Positions 18,136 to 27,590 of a stretch of 40,655 bases of DNA are shown piece after piece. The translations under genes and the position numbers were made by a program. The stretch is from the NCBI GenBank assembly GCA_040752415.1, contig JBFMGU010000078.1, forward strand, positions 1 through 40,655. The letters are read 5' to 3'. Position 1 is the first letter of the stretch, and each line of letters starts with the position of its first letter. This DNA is from Myxococcota bacterium (GTDB lineage Bacteria; Myxococcota; JACRCW01). Under the pieces are notes generated by a model, which was not told the origin of the DNA, ran no database searches, and was given only the letters and a program-made list of their open reading frames with translations.

Positions 18136-19420
18136 CCATCAGCGCGGCGAGCGGCGGGACCTGCGGCAGGAACTCCGCGGAAGGCACACCCACCAGCTCC
18201 ATGATGCCCGCCACGAAGTGATTGGACTCCAACACCACGCCGCCCTCGTCGGGCTGGCCGGTGGTGAGGTTCACCTTCTGCGAGCTTAGCGTGTTGTCCG
18301 TGGCGCCGAAGATCTGCCCCACGTTCACGCCGCCACCCGCCACCATGGCGCTGGTGTGAGGCCAGTGATCCTTGCCGCCCTGTCCGTTGTACAGCGGCGT
18401 GCGCGTCATCTCGCTGAGCACCACCACCACGGTGTCGTCGATCATCTTGCTCCCGGCCACCAGGCCCGGACGCGTCTTCAACTCCGTGAGCAGGTTGGTG
18501 AGCGCGGGCCACAGCACCATGTTCTGCGCGCCCTGCGCCCGCTGGTAGTTCCCCGACGGCGTGGCGGAAGGATCATGCGTGTCCCACACGAAACCCGTGC
18601 TCACGTTCACCGACCAGCAGACGCCGCGCTCCAACATGGCCAGCGCGCTGTTGAGCTGGTCCTGCAATGACAACGACACCGAGAATGGATTCCCCAACAC
18701 CTCGCGGTTCTCGTAGAGGCCCTGCGTGCGCTCGATGGCGTCGAGATAGTCCAGCGCCTTGGCCTGGTTGCGCCCGTACTGCCCGCGCGTGTTGCGCAGC
18801 CGCGTGCCGCCCTGGCGCAGGAAGTCGTTGATGATTCCCTGTTCCTGGTCATTGGGGAACGCCGCGCCCAGGTTCGGATCGATCTCGCCGTGACGGTGCG
18901 CCAGCGCGAGCTGGTTGCTCAGCCCCGTGCGCACCGAGCTGCCTTCCAGGGTGCCGGGGAATGAGACCGCGCCCAGCGTGAGATACGGCGCCGGCAACGT
19001 GCTGCCGTGCCACGCGCCCGCCACCACACCCATGTCCGCCGCGTCCGTCGAGGGTGAGCCGGTCAACATGCGGCGGATGCACACGTCATGGGAGATGGAG
19101 CGCACGCTGATGCCGCGGATGATGCTGGTGACGTCGTGGTGCGCGCTCATGTACGCGTCCACCACGCCATTGCACGCCACCGCGCTGTAGTACGTGAGCG
19201 AGCCTGCGGTGGCGATGGCGCCGGCGGGAACATCCAGCCCGGTGATGCCGGTGGACTTGGGGTCCAGATGGAAGGTGACGTCCCAGCCGCCATTGCACGT
19301 CACCAGGATCATGCGCTTGCCCGAGGCCGCCTGCGCTCGCGCTGCGCGCGGCAGACCCAGCGCCATCGCTCCCAGCAGGGACACGCCGCCCAACAGGAAT
19401 TCACGTCGTGAGTGAGCCAT
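18131..19420 (-). CDS. DUF1501 family protein with Tat signal (sulfatase-fold partner of PSCyt/DUF1549-1553 proteins)
   Basis: Twin-arginine motif SRREFLLGG and the DUF1501-typical ...VTCNGGWD...KDHWPH motifs. Lies 12 nt downstream of the large cytochrome-like gene. Confidence 0.85.
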   Translation of the reverse strand: MAHSRREFLLGGVSLLGAMALGLPRAARAQAASGKRMILVTCNGGWDVTFHLDPKSTGITGLDVPAGAIATAGSLTYYSAVACNGVVDAYMSAHHDVTSIIRGISVRSISHDVCIRRMLTGSPSTDAADMGVVAGAWHGSTLPAPYLTLGAVSFPGTLEGSSVRTGLSNQLALAHRHGEIDPNLGAAFPNDQEQGIINDFLRQGGTRLRNTRGQYGRNQAKALDYLDAIERTQGLYENREVLGNPFSVSLSLQDQLNSALAMLERGVCWSVNVSTGFVWDTHDPSATPSGNYQRAQGAQNMVLWPALTNLLTELKTRPGLVAGSKMIDDTVVVVLSEMTRTPLYNGQGGKDHWPHTSAMVAGGGVNVGQIFGATDNTLSSQKVNLTTGQPDEGGVVLESNHFVAGIMELVGVPSAEFLPQVPPLAALMA

Positions 19421-19432
19421 GGGTGGTCCTCG

Positions 19433-22330
19433 TCAGTAGGTGAACGTGCGGGCGTCCTGGAGGAACGCGCTGAGAACGTGGTGCCAGGTGCGACCGATGT
19501 CGCCGCTGAGCGCGTACAGGGAGGTCCACAACGCGTACGCCTCGTCGACCTCCGGCGAGTCCGCGGTGACCTCCTGGCCAAACAGCTTGAGATGCAGCTC
19601 CACCAGCAGCGTGCGCACCGCCGTCTCGCTGGGGTCGAACATCTCCGCCGTCGTGAACAGCCGGCGCGACGCGAGCGGCACGGAGGCCTCCAGGATCACC
19701 GCGTAGTAACCGCCGAAGTTGCCGAGCCAGCGGTTGGCCGAGTGCGTGCCCGCCGTGAACGTGGTGACCGGCCGCGTGACGATGAAGGAGTCCGTATCCC
19801 CGGCCAGCTCACGGAAGCCGATGAAGCTGTCGCGCATGTAATCGGTCATGCCGTAGGGGAGCCCTTCCTCGTCGGGGCGGGTGGTGAGCGTGAGGATGAA
19901 GTCGCTGAGCGGGAACGCCAACGTGACGCCCGTGGCGGCCTGGTAGACGCGCGCGAGCTGACTGGGACGCGCGCGCAGGATGCCGTTGATCTCGTCGGCG
20001 CCCACCGCGGTGGCGGTGTGGGAGGCGCGGAACCGCTCCGACATCATGATGGCCTTGATGAGCGTCTTGGCGCTGAAGTTGTTGCCGGTGAACACGGGGA
20101 CCAGCTCGTCCACCACCGCGGCGGGTACGTCGTTGAGCGAGGTCTGCGTGAAGAAGCTGTAGAAGCGTTTGACCGTGCAGGTGGCGAACCGCGGGTCGTC
20201 GGCAATCTGCGCGCCCAGGTCACCGATGTCGATGCGGCCGTTGAAGTCGTAGTCCACCGGCGGAGGGTTGGGCTCCTCGGTGGTGGCGGCGAAGTAGCCC
20301 GGCGGACGGCTGTTCATCCACGATCCACCGGTGGCCAGGTTGGCGAAGTACTCGGCGAAGAGCTGCGAGCGCATCGGGAACGGATATCCGTCGCTCCCGG
20401 CGATGCTGGGGATGTAGAGCGGGCGCCACTCCTGCATGTAGCTGGCAATCGGGTCCAGCGTGGCGTGACAACCCCAGCAGGAGGTGGATGGGTCCTTCAC
20501 CGCGTTGGCCACCGCGTCGGGGTCGCTCAGGTCCAGGCCACCTTCCGACGTGAGATCCACCGGCTGCGAGAGGAAGTCGTAGCAGAGGAAGGCCTTGGTG
20601 ACCTGGTTGGCGCGGCCGCGGTTGTAGTTCACCCCCGCGCTCATCCAGCGGTGGAAGAAGGAGTTGTCGCTGATGATGCCCGCGGCGCCGCGACCGTCCA
20701 TCCAGCGGTGCACATCGAAATCACCGTCGGCACCGAGGCCGTAGGGATCCTCGGAGTACTGGTACGCCGAGCCCACCGCGCTGGTCTCCGCGATGCCGTA
20801 GAACAGGTGGTCCTGCACGGAGCCGTCGCCGTAGACCGCCTGGTGCGCCGGGTTGCTCACCACGTAGTTCCCGGTGACGACCTCGGTGTACGGCCGGTCC
20901 GTGACGACGATGAACTCCGCCGTCCGCAGGGGCGCCTCGAGGATGGAGCGCGTGACGAAGGACATGTCGTTGTAGCGCGCGTCGAGGTTCTTGAGGTCCT
21001 TCAGCTCCTCGATGGCGGGGAAGAGCAGCTGGAAGAGCATGGTGGTCTTGAGGAGCAGCGCGTCGTTGTGCAGCTCCTGGATGGTCTCCCCGAACTGTGG
21101 GCGCCTCATGTACGCGTCCATGATGTCGTCGACGGCGTTGGGGTCCGCGCGCACCGCGGCAAGCTCGGCGGCGGTGGGACGCGTACCGGTCAGCGCCATG
21201 GCCACGCGGTTGAGGTGGGCTTCCGGCGAGAGCGGCACCAGCTCGGTCACCGGCACCGCGCCGCAGTCGACGCTGGCACCGCCGAGGATCCACTCCCGGA
21301 TGACGGAGAGCTCACCGGCATTGAGCGTGGACCCCGGAGGCATGGACGCGCCCACACCCGCGAGGTCACCGGTGACCTTGCGATACAGCAGGCTGTTGGC
21401 CGGGTCGCCCGGGACGACGAGGAAGTTGCCCGGATACAGCGTGCTCTCCTGGCTCACCAGCGCGGTGCGCGCCGCGCCCTCGCGGAAGTCCCGCTGGTAC
21501 GCACCGTCGTGGCAACCGGTGCAGCGTGGCCCCAGCACGCGCTCCACCACGTCGCACACGCTGGGGGGAAGGCCCGTGCCGCCGTCGACACCGGGTTCAC
21601 CGCCATCGCCCTGCCCGGCGTCACCCTCCGGCACGCCGGCATCACCGGGCACGCCTGCGTCCGGCTGCGCGGACTCGCACGTCACCGGGAGCGCCCCCAG
21701 CGCAATCCATTGGTAGACCACGTCGCGCTCCTCCGTCGTGGTGGAGCCGCCCAGCGGCATGGGGTCACCCAGTCCGTCGATGTTGCCGCCGATCTTCCGG
21801 TACAGCAGGCTGCTCTCGGGATTGCCGGGCACCACGAAGAGCTCGCCCGGGTACTGCTCACTCTCCCGCCCCACCAGCGCGTTGAGCGCCATGGCGGTGC
21901 TGAAGTCCACCTGGCCCGTGCCGGGATGACAGCGCGCGCACTTGGGAGCCAGGAGTTGATCCACGACGTCACACGGCGTTGGCCCCTGGTAGCCCGCGTC
22001 CGGCTCCTGGCCCGCGTCCACCTCCACCGTTGCGTCGACGTCGACCGCGGCATCCAACCGCTGCGCCGCCGCGTCGGTGCCCGGGGTACTCGCGTCGAGT
22101 TCCGGCGTGCTCGCGTCCAGGTCCGGCGTGCTGGCGTCGCGGTCCGGGATGCCTGCGTCGGTGATGGGTTGGGACGCGTCGGGGTGGTTGACGCTGGCGT
22201 CCGGGGAGGGCTCGCTTGGCTCCGGCTGCTGCGTGGTTGCCGTGCATCCACTGGCAATCCAGGCGGACAACAGCACGCACGTGAAGGAGCGACGCGGCAG
22301 GCGACGTTCAGCGAGAAGGTGCATGGCCAT
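19433..22330 (-). CDS. Large secreted lipoprotein of the planctomycete-type cytochrome (PSCyt) / DUF1549-DUF1553-like family with two CxxCH motifs
   Basis: Two repeats of C-x2-CH...DF...LVVPG(N/D)P..SLLYRK (CARCH and CTGCH), lipobox IASGC, and a DUF1501 partner downstream. Start set at ATG 22330; the ORF is open to 22405. Confidence 0.7.
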   Translation of the reverse strand: MAMHLLAERRLPRRSFTCVLLSAWIASGCTATTQQPEPSEPSPDASVNHPDASQPITDAGIPDRDASTPDLDASTPELDASTPGTDAAAQRLDAAVDVDATVEVDAGQEPDAGYQGPTPCDVVDQLLAPKCARCHPGTGQVDFSTAMALNALVGRESEQYPGELFVVPGNPESSLLYRKIGGNIDGLGDPMPLGGSTTTEERDVVYQWIALGALPVTCESAQPDAGVPGDAGVPEGDAGQGDGGEPGVDGGTGLPPSVCDVVERVLGPRCTGCHDGAYQRDFREGAARTALVSQESTLYPGNFLVVPGDPANSLLYRKVTGDLAGVGASMPPGSTLNAGELSVIREWILGGASVDCGAVPVTELVPLSPEAHLNRVAMALTGTRPTAAELAAVRADPNAVDDIMDAYMRRPQFGETIQELHNDALLLKTTMLFQLLFPAIEELKDLKNLDARYNDMSFVTRSILEAPLRTAEFIVVTDRPYTEVVTGNYVVSNPAHQAVYGDGSVQDHLFYGIAETSAVGSAYQYSEDPYGLGADGDFDVHRWMDGRGAAGIISDNSFFHRWMSAGVNYNRGRANQVTKAFLCYDFLSQPVDLTSEGGLDLSDPDAVANAVKDPSTSCWGCHATLDPIASYMQEWRPLYIPSIAGSDGYPFPMRSQLFAEYFANLATGGSWMNSRPPGYFAATTEEPNPPPVDYDFNGRIDIGDLGAQIADDPRFATCTVKRFYSFFTQTSLNDVPAAVVDELVPVFTGNNFSAKTLIKAIMMSERFRASHTATAVGADEINGILRARPSQLARVYQAATGVTLAFPLSDFILTLTTRPDEEGLPYGMTDYMRDSFIGFRELAGDTDSFIVTRPVTTFTAGTHSANRWLGNFGGYYAVILEASVPLASRRLFTTAEMFDPSETAVRTLLVELHLKLFGQEVTADSPEVDEAYALWTSLYALSGDIGRTWHHVLSAFLQDARTFTY

Positions 22331-22494
22331 CCCGTGGGTGTTGGCAGGCTGCAACAACAGACACCGCTGCGGGCGGCGACTGTAAGACAAAATTGCGCGC
22401 GCCACCGGCCAGAGGTCAGCGGGCCAGAAACACCAGGGAATTCAACGCACTGGACGTGCGGGACCGCGCCACGGATCCGCAGCCACCGGATTCC

Positions 22495-24564
22495 TCACGG
22501 ATTGGCGGTGGTGATGCTGAGCGTGAACGGACCACCGGAGGAATAGCTGTCCACCACCAGGATGTACGACGTGCTGGCGTCGAGCAGGACGTCCTGCAGC
22601 CGGCTCTCGTAGACTCCGCCATTGAAGTCAATGTCGTCGTTGCATGCCACCTCGGTGTTCGTCGCGCAGTTGCCGCGCAGCAGGTAGATCAGCGTGTCGT
22701 GGTTGGCGGTCTCCGCGGTCATCCGCACGGCGTTCGTCGTGGTGAATGCGTAGAAGACCTCCGGCTTGGTGCCGTTGCCGCCGCCGCAGTTGGTGGTGTC
22801 GGTGCTGTTGAGATCGTCGTTGGCGCTGGTGGTGTCGCCGGACACCACGAGCGCCGCGGCACCGGGCGCGGGGAGCGTGAGCGGCTCGGCGGTGGCGCAG
22901 GTGTCGTTGCCCGGACCGGGGAACCCCATGGTCACCGTGTAGTTGAGCCCCACCGCCGGCACGCTCCCGGAGGGAGAGACGCGCACCAGGAAGCTCTCGT
23001 CGGCGGACGCGTTGGCGTGGGTGACCACCTTGTTGGCGCCGCTGGTGGAGACCTGGATGTTCGCGTTGGGCGAGCTGCCGGTGATGACGCCGTTGGCGTC
23101 GACGGTGGCGCTGTGCGTGGTGAGGGCGAGGTTGGCGCCGTTGCTGAAGGTCACCGTCACCGGACCGGCGGTGGCGCCGTTGCGGAACCACAGCCAGTCC
23201 ACGTCCTGCGGACACAACGTGCCGCTCTTCCATTCCTCGCCGGGGCCAAACGGACCGGACGCCTTGACGTCGACGTTGTTGGGCCGGAGCTCCATCTCGT
23301 CCTCGCTCTGGCAGGAGAAATCCAGGTTGAAGCCGTAGTGCATGCCCGCGGTGGGAACGCCCGCGCCAAAGACCCGCAGCGCGTACTCACCCGGCGCCAG
23401 CGCGGGAGCGCTCAACGTGTTGTTCGTGAAGTTGTACGACGACAACAGCGTCCCGGTGGGCGTGTCGGCGGCGTCGCGCGCCACGGTGTAGAGGTCCACG
23501 TCCAGCGTCCCGCTGCCGCTGTCCAGGCGACGCGCGGTCACGGTCACGTCGCCACCCTCGTGCGTGATGGTGAACCAGTCCTCATCACCATTGCAGATGC
23601 TGAGCTGGACCTCCCCGTCAACATCTCCCACCGGACCCAACGCGCGCTCGAGCACGTTGTTGTCGTCGTTGAAACCCTGGGTCTCGCCCACGTCGGGCGC
23701 GCAGAATCCGCCGGGGATGAGCTCCACGGTCAGCGTGTACGCGCCGGTGGTGGGACCGTTGGTGTCGTTATAGCCGTCCACCACGAGCCAGTAGGTGCCC
23801 GCCTCCAGGTACTGCATCTCCAGCGTCTCGGTGTTGCCGCTGCCGTCGACGCAGGCCTCGGTGAGCGTGGCCGTTTCACACGTGTTGCCGGCCAGCAGGT
23901 AGAGCGCGGCGTCGTAGCCCTGGAGGTTGATGCGCACGCCGCCCGCTTGCGCCAGGGGAAGCCGCCACACCTGCTCCGGCGCTCCCGCACCCACGGTGTA
24001 GAAGAAACCGCCGCAACCCTGCAGCGCATCTCCCGTCAGACCCACGGTGCTGCCGTTGAAGGTGCCCGCGCCCAGCTCCTGCGCGCCCGCGCACGCACCC
24101 GTCCCCGAAGACCCACCCGACGAGGACGAGACGTTCCCGCCCGACGACGACGAGGACGACGACGAGGGTGCTCCGGATGACGACGACGAACTGCTGGACC
24201 CGACGTTGCCCGACGAGCTGGAGGACGGGCCCCCCGCGGAGGACGACGCCGACGACGTGGAGGACTCCCCGGAGCTGCTCCCTCCCGACGTGGACGACGA
24301 CGAACTGATGGTGCCGCTGGAGGAGGCCACCCCGGAGGAGCTGCCGGTGGACCCGCCACTGACCCCCGACGACCCACCTGACGACGAGCTCTCTCCCACG
24401 ATGCCGGACGAGGACGACGCCCCACCGCTGGACGCGCCGTTGCCGATCCCGCCGCCTCCGCTGGAGGCCGAAGTCCCGCGCGACTCGCGCTCACCGCCGC
24501 CGCAGCCCGCAACCACCAGCACACCACCCAGCACGACCAGTCGCACGCCGTCACGCAGCTTCAT
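22495..24564 (-). CDS. Lipoprotein with ~140-aa Ser/Gly-rich low-complexity linker and four beta-sandwich (pre-peptidase C-terminal / PPC-like) repeats
   Basis: ATG 24564 (RBS GAGGG), signal peptide with lipobox VVAGC, linker SSGGGGIGNGASSGG..., then repeats with the D-W-F...G..V.V......D.DLY pattern. Confidence 0.7.
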   Translation of the reverse strand: MKLRDGVRLVVLGGVLVVAGCGGGERESRGTSASSGGGGIGNGASSGGASSSSGIVGESSSSGGSSGVSGGSTGSSSGVASSSGTISSSSSTSGGSSSGESSTSSASSSAGGPSSSSSGNVGSSSSSSSSGAPSSSSSSSSGGNVSSSSGGSSGTGACAGAQELGAGTFNGSTVGLTGDALQGCGGFFYTVGAGAPEQVWRLPLAQAGGVRINLQGYDAALYLLAGNTCETATLTEACVDGSGNTETLEMQYLEAGTYWLVVDGYNDTNGPTTGAYTLTVELIPGGFCAPDVGETQGFNDDNNVLERALGPVGDVDGEVQLSICNGDEDWFTITHEGGDVTVTARRLDSGSGTLDVDLYTVARDAADTPTGTLLSSYNFTNNTLSAPALAPGEYALRVFGAGVPTAGMHYGFNLDFSCQSEDEMELRPNNVDVKASGPFGPGEEWKSGTLCPQDVDWLWFRNGATAGPVTVTFSNGANLALTTHSATVDANGVITGSSPNANIQVSTSGANKVVTHANASADESFLVRVSPSGSVPAVGLNYTVTMGFPGPGNDTCATAEPLTLPAPGAAALVVSGDTTSANDDLNSTDTTNCGGGNGTKPEVFYAFTTTNAVRMTAETANHDTLIYLLRGNCATNTEVACNDDIDFNGGVYESRLQDVLLDASTSYILVVDSYSSGGPFTLSITTANP

Positions 24565-24708
24565 GACCACACCCTCACACATGAAACGGGAGGAGCATGG
24601 TGGACGGTGCCGGGCACTCCAGCAAGCGCCGAGCGACCGATCTGTTGGCATCCGGCGGGCGTATCCCCATGATGCAGGGCTGGATGTCCGCAGGATGGGG
24701 AGTCGGTG

Positions 24709-25155
24709 ATGGCGCAGGATCCCGAGGAGGCATTGCCCACGGCGCGGTTCCGTCGTCAGCACGCGGAGCTGTTTGAGCTGGCCCAGGAGCTGCTCGCCAT
24801 CCGGGACCCGGAGGCCGTCCGCGCCGACGCCACCAACGTGCGCCTGCGCATGGCGCGTTTCCTGGGCAAGCTCCGCGTGCACGCGGCCATGGAGAATGAC
24901 GCCATGTACCCGCGGCTCCTGAAGGACCCCGACCCGCGCATCCAGGAGACCGCGCGCCGTCTCTTCACGGACGTGGGTCCCATCTATGACGAGGTCTTTG
25001 CCTACGCCGACCGCTGGCCCACCGCCGCCGCGGTGGCCGCGGATCCCACCACCTTCGTGCAGGAGACGAAGAAGGTGCTGCGCCGGCTGGGAGAGCGCGT
25101 CACGCTGGAGACCATGGAGCTCTATCCGCTCGTCGACGAGCGCGGGCTCACCTGA
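24709..25155 (+). CDS. Hemerythrin-like (HHE cation-binding) domain protein
   Basis: GGGGAG then ATG 24709. Two H...H...E-type segments (RRQHAELFELAQEL and RVHAAMENDAMYP). Confidence 0.5.
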   Translation: MAQDPEEALPTARFRRQHAELFELAQELLAIRDPEAVRADATNVRLRMARFLGKLRVHAAMENDAMYPRLLKDPDPRIQETARRLFTDVGPIYDEVFAYADRWPTAAAVAADPTTFVQETKKVLRRLGERVTLETMELYPLVDERGLT

Positions 25156-25945
25156 CCAGCTCCACCTCGTCATACTCCCCCAGGTGCAGCGGCAGTCCGC
25201 CCCACGGCGTCGTGTAGTACGCCTGCACGCGCGCCGGCAGCAGCAGCCCGTCCACCCAGCGCCACTCCTCGTAGACCACGTCGCCAAAGGCCAGCGCGTG
25301 GTACGCGGTCACCGTCAGGAACAGCTTCGTGAGGCGCCCGGTCTCCCGGTCGAACAGCACCCAGTAGCGGTCCGCGGATGAGTCCCCCACGCCCGCGTCA
25401 AAGGTCACCAGCACCTCGTCGTGGTCCCGCCCGTCGACGACGCGGTGGCCCAGCCAGGTGTGACGCGCGCCGGGGTCCAGCAGCTTGAACGGCAACAGCG
25501 TGAGGTAGTGCGTGCGCGGCAGGGCGTAGCCCGGGTTCCAGTCCAGCACGTGCGCGGGCTCGCTGGAGACCTGTCCCTCGTCGAGGATCCAGGTGACGCC
25601 GGGCTCGTGGGAGAAGCGCACCTCCGCCCGGACCTGGTGCAGCCAGAACGCCACGTCGGCCTGCACGACGGAACGCGGCCACGGGTTCTGTCCCAGCCAG
25701 GTGAACGGCGCGCTCCAGGTCTCGCGGTAACGGAAACGCATCACCTGCGCGCTGCGCCAGCGCCCCAGCCCACCGTGCGCCGCCACCGCGCGTTCCACCA
25801 CCCGGCGGCCAAGCCCCTCGTGGTCCGCTACCCTCACGCGCGGCCGGTCCGACGGGACGCAGGCCGCTCCCAACATCAGCGCCAACCCCAGCGCCACCAC
25901 GGTGCTGTGGTCCCGCCGACTTGCCGAGGTAGAGTGCCGCGCCAT
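25148..25945 (-). CDS. Hypothetical lipoprotein
   Basis: Signal peptide with lipobox LGAAC after ATG 25945; no recognizable family. Its start codon overlaps the divergent plsB-like start within the palindrome GCGCATGCGC. Confidence 0.5.
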   Translation of the reverse strand: MARHSTSASRRDHSTVVALGLALMLGAACVPSDRPRVRVADHEGLGRRVVERAVAAHGGLGRWRSAQVMRFRYRETWSAPFTWLGQNPWPRSVVQADVAFWLHQVRAEVRFSHEPGVTWILDEGQVSSEPAHVLDWNPGYALPRTHYLTLLPFKLLDPGARHTWLGHRVVDGRDHDEVLVTFDAGVGDSSADRYWVLFDRETGRLTKLFLTVTAYHALAFGDVVYEEWRWVDGLLLPARVQAYYTTPWGGLPLHLGEYDEVELVR

Positions 25946-27590
25946 GCGCCAGGAAGACCAGGAAAGAATCCTTACCGAGCTGAGGAGTCGCTTGGTCCGT
26001 GACATCGGACAGAGCGCCGACAAGGGCACCACCCGCGTGGATGAGGTGCTCGCCGACAGCATCTACCATGAGCTGCGCCGTCTCAAGGACGAGCACGACC
26101 GCAAGACGCGCGAGCGCGAGATGGAGTTCTGGCGTGGCATCCAGAAGCGCATGCGTCGCGCCTCGGACCGCGCCCAGCTGGACCTGGTGGGTGAGGTGGC
26201 CTCCCACTACAGCCGCGAGATTGCCGGCTACTTTGACATGCGCGTGTACCGCGCCGTGACCCGCGCCGGTGAGCCACTGCTCGCCATGCTGCTCAACGCC
26301 ATGAGCCCCAAGCGGCTGGTGCAGAGCTTCCCGCACCTGCCCACCCTCGAGGGCACGCTCACGGTGCAGGGTGAGACCGCGCACCTGCGTCGCCTGCATG
26401 AGCTGGGCACCGTCATCCTCGTCCCCACGCACGTGTCCAACATGGACTCCATCATCGTGGGGTACGCGGTGTGGAAGATGGGGCTGCCGCCGTTCCTCTA
26501 CGGCGCCGGCCTGAACCTCTTCTCCAATCCCATCCTCGGCTACTTCATGCGGAACCTCGGCGCGTACACCGTGGACCGCCGCAAGACCGACCCGCTCTAC
26601 AAGCAGGTGCTCAAGGAGTACGCCACCCTCACCCTCGAGCACGAGTACGACAACATCTTCTTCCCCGGCGGCACGCGCTGCCGCTCCGGCGCCATTGAGC
26701 GCAAGCTCAAGCTGGGTCTCCTGGGCACGGGCATCAGCGCCTACGTCAACAACCTCAAGCGCGGGAAAGCGCAGCCCAAGGTCTTCGTCGTCCCGGCCAC
26801 GCTCAGCTACCAGCTGGTGCTGGAGGCGGAGACGCTCATCGACGACTTCCTCAAGGAAGTGGGCAAGAGCCGCTACATCATCACCGACGACGAGTTCAGC
26901 AAGCCGCAGCGCGTGCTGGATTTTGCCAAGCAGCTCTTCAACCTGGACAGCCGCATCTTCTTCACCGTGGGCCGCGGGCTGGATCCCTTCGGCAACCCGG
27001 TCGACGACGACGGAGAAAGCCTGGATCCGCGCGGCCGTCGCGTGGACACCTCCCGCTACGTGATGCTGAACGGCCAGCCCGCCGAGCATGAGCAGCGCGA
27101 CGCCGAATACACGCGCGAGGTGGGCAACAAGCTCGTGGAGTCCTACCTGGAGGACAACGTGGTGCAGTGCACCAACGTCACCGCGCGCGCCATCCTCACG
27201 TTGATGCGTCGTCAGAACCCGGGCATGGACCTGGTGCGGCTCATCCGCGCCGGCGGCAAGGTGGAGGACGTGGAGCTGCTGGCTGTCTACCGTGAGGTGG
27301 AGCGCCTGCTGATGGAGCTGCGGGGATTGGCGGGGCGCGGCGGCGTGCGGCTGGGACCGGTGGTGGACCACGGCACCGCGGAAGACGTGGTGGCCGACGG
27401 CCTGCGCCACTTCGCCATCTACCACACCGAAGCGGCCGCCACCCGACGAGGAGACCGCATCTTCCCCACCGACCGCGCGCTGCTGTTCTATTACCAGAAC
27501 CGTCTCGAGGGTTACCGGCTGGAGCGTGAGGAAGGCATCAAGCCCGCGCTCGCTCCGGACCACAAGAGCCTCTACCGAGGTGCGGCATGA
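25944..27590 (+). CDS. Glycerol-3-phosphate acyltransferase-like (PlsB/GPAT LPLAT family)
   Basis: Acyltransferase motifs VPTHVSNMDSIIV (HX4D) and FFPGGTRCRSG (FP-G-TRS) in a 548-aa protein. Stop overlaps the gpsA start (ATGA). Confidence 0.7.
   Translation: MRQEDQERILTELRSRLVRDIGQSADKGTTRVDEVLADSIYHELRRLKDEHDRKTREREMEFWRGIQKRMRRASDRAQLDLVGEVASHYSREIAGYFDMRVYRAVTRAGEPLLAMLLNAMSPKRLVQSFPHLPTLEGTLTVQGETAHLRRLHELGTVILVPTHVSNMDSIIVGYAVWKMGLPPFLYGAGLNLFSNPILGYFMRNLGAYTVDRRKTDPLYKQVLKEYATLTLEHEYDNIFFPGGTRCRSGAIERKLKLGLLGTGISAYVNNLKRGKAQPKVFVVPATLSYQLVLEAETLIDDFLKEVGKSRYIITDDEFSKPQRVLDFAKQLFNLDSRIFFTVGRGLDPFGNPVDDDGESLDPRGRRVDTSRYVMLNGQPAEHEQRDAEYTREVGNKLVESYLEDNVVQCTNVTARAILTLMRRQNPGMDLVRLIRAGGKVEDVELLAVYREVERLLMELRGLAGRGGVRLGPVVDHGTAEDVVADGLRHFAIYHTEAAATRRGDRIFPTDRALLFYYQNRLEGYRLEREEGIKPALAPDHKSLYRGAA

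Noticed and set aside
19412-22546. 1044-aa plus-strand ORF
   Set aside because: Antisense to the PSCyt lipoprotein gene. It is Arg/Gly/Val-rich with no motifs.
22393-24180. 595-aa plus-strand ORF
   Set aside because: Antisense to two well-supported minus-strand lipoprotein genes.
25398-27563. 721-aa minus-strand ORF
   Set aside because: Antisense to the plsB-like gene, which carries clear acyltransferase motifs.
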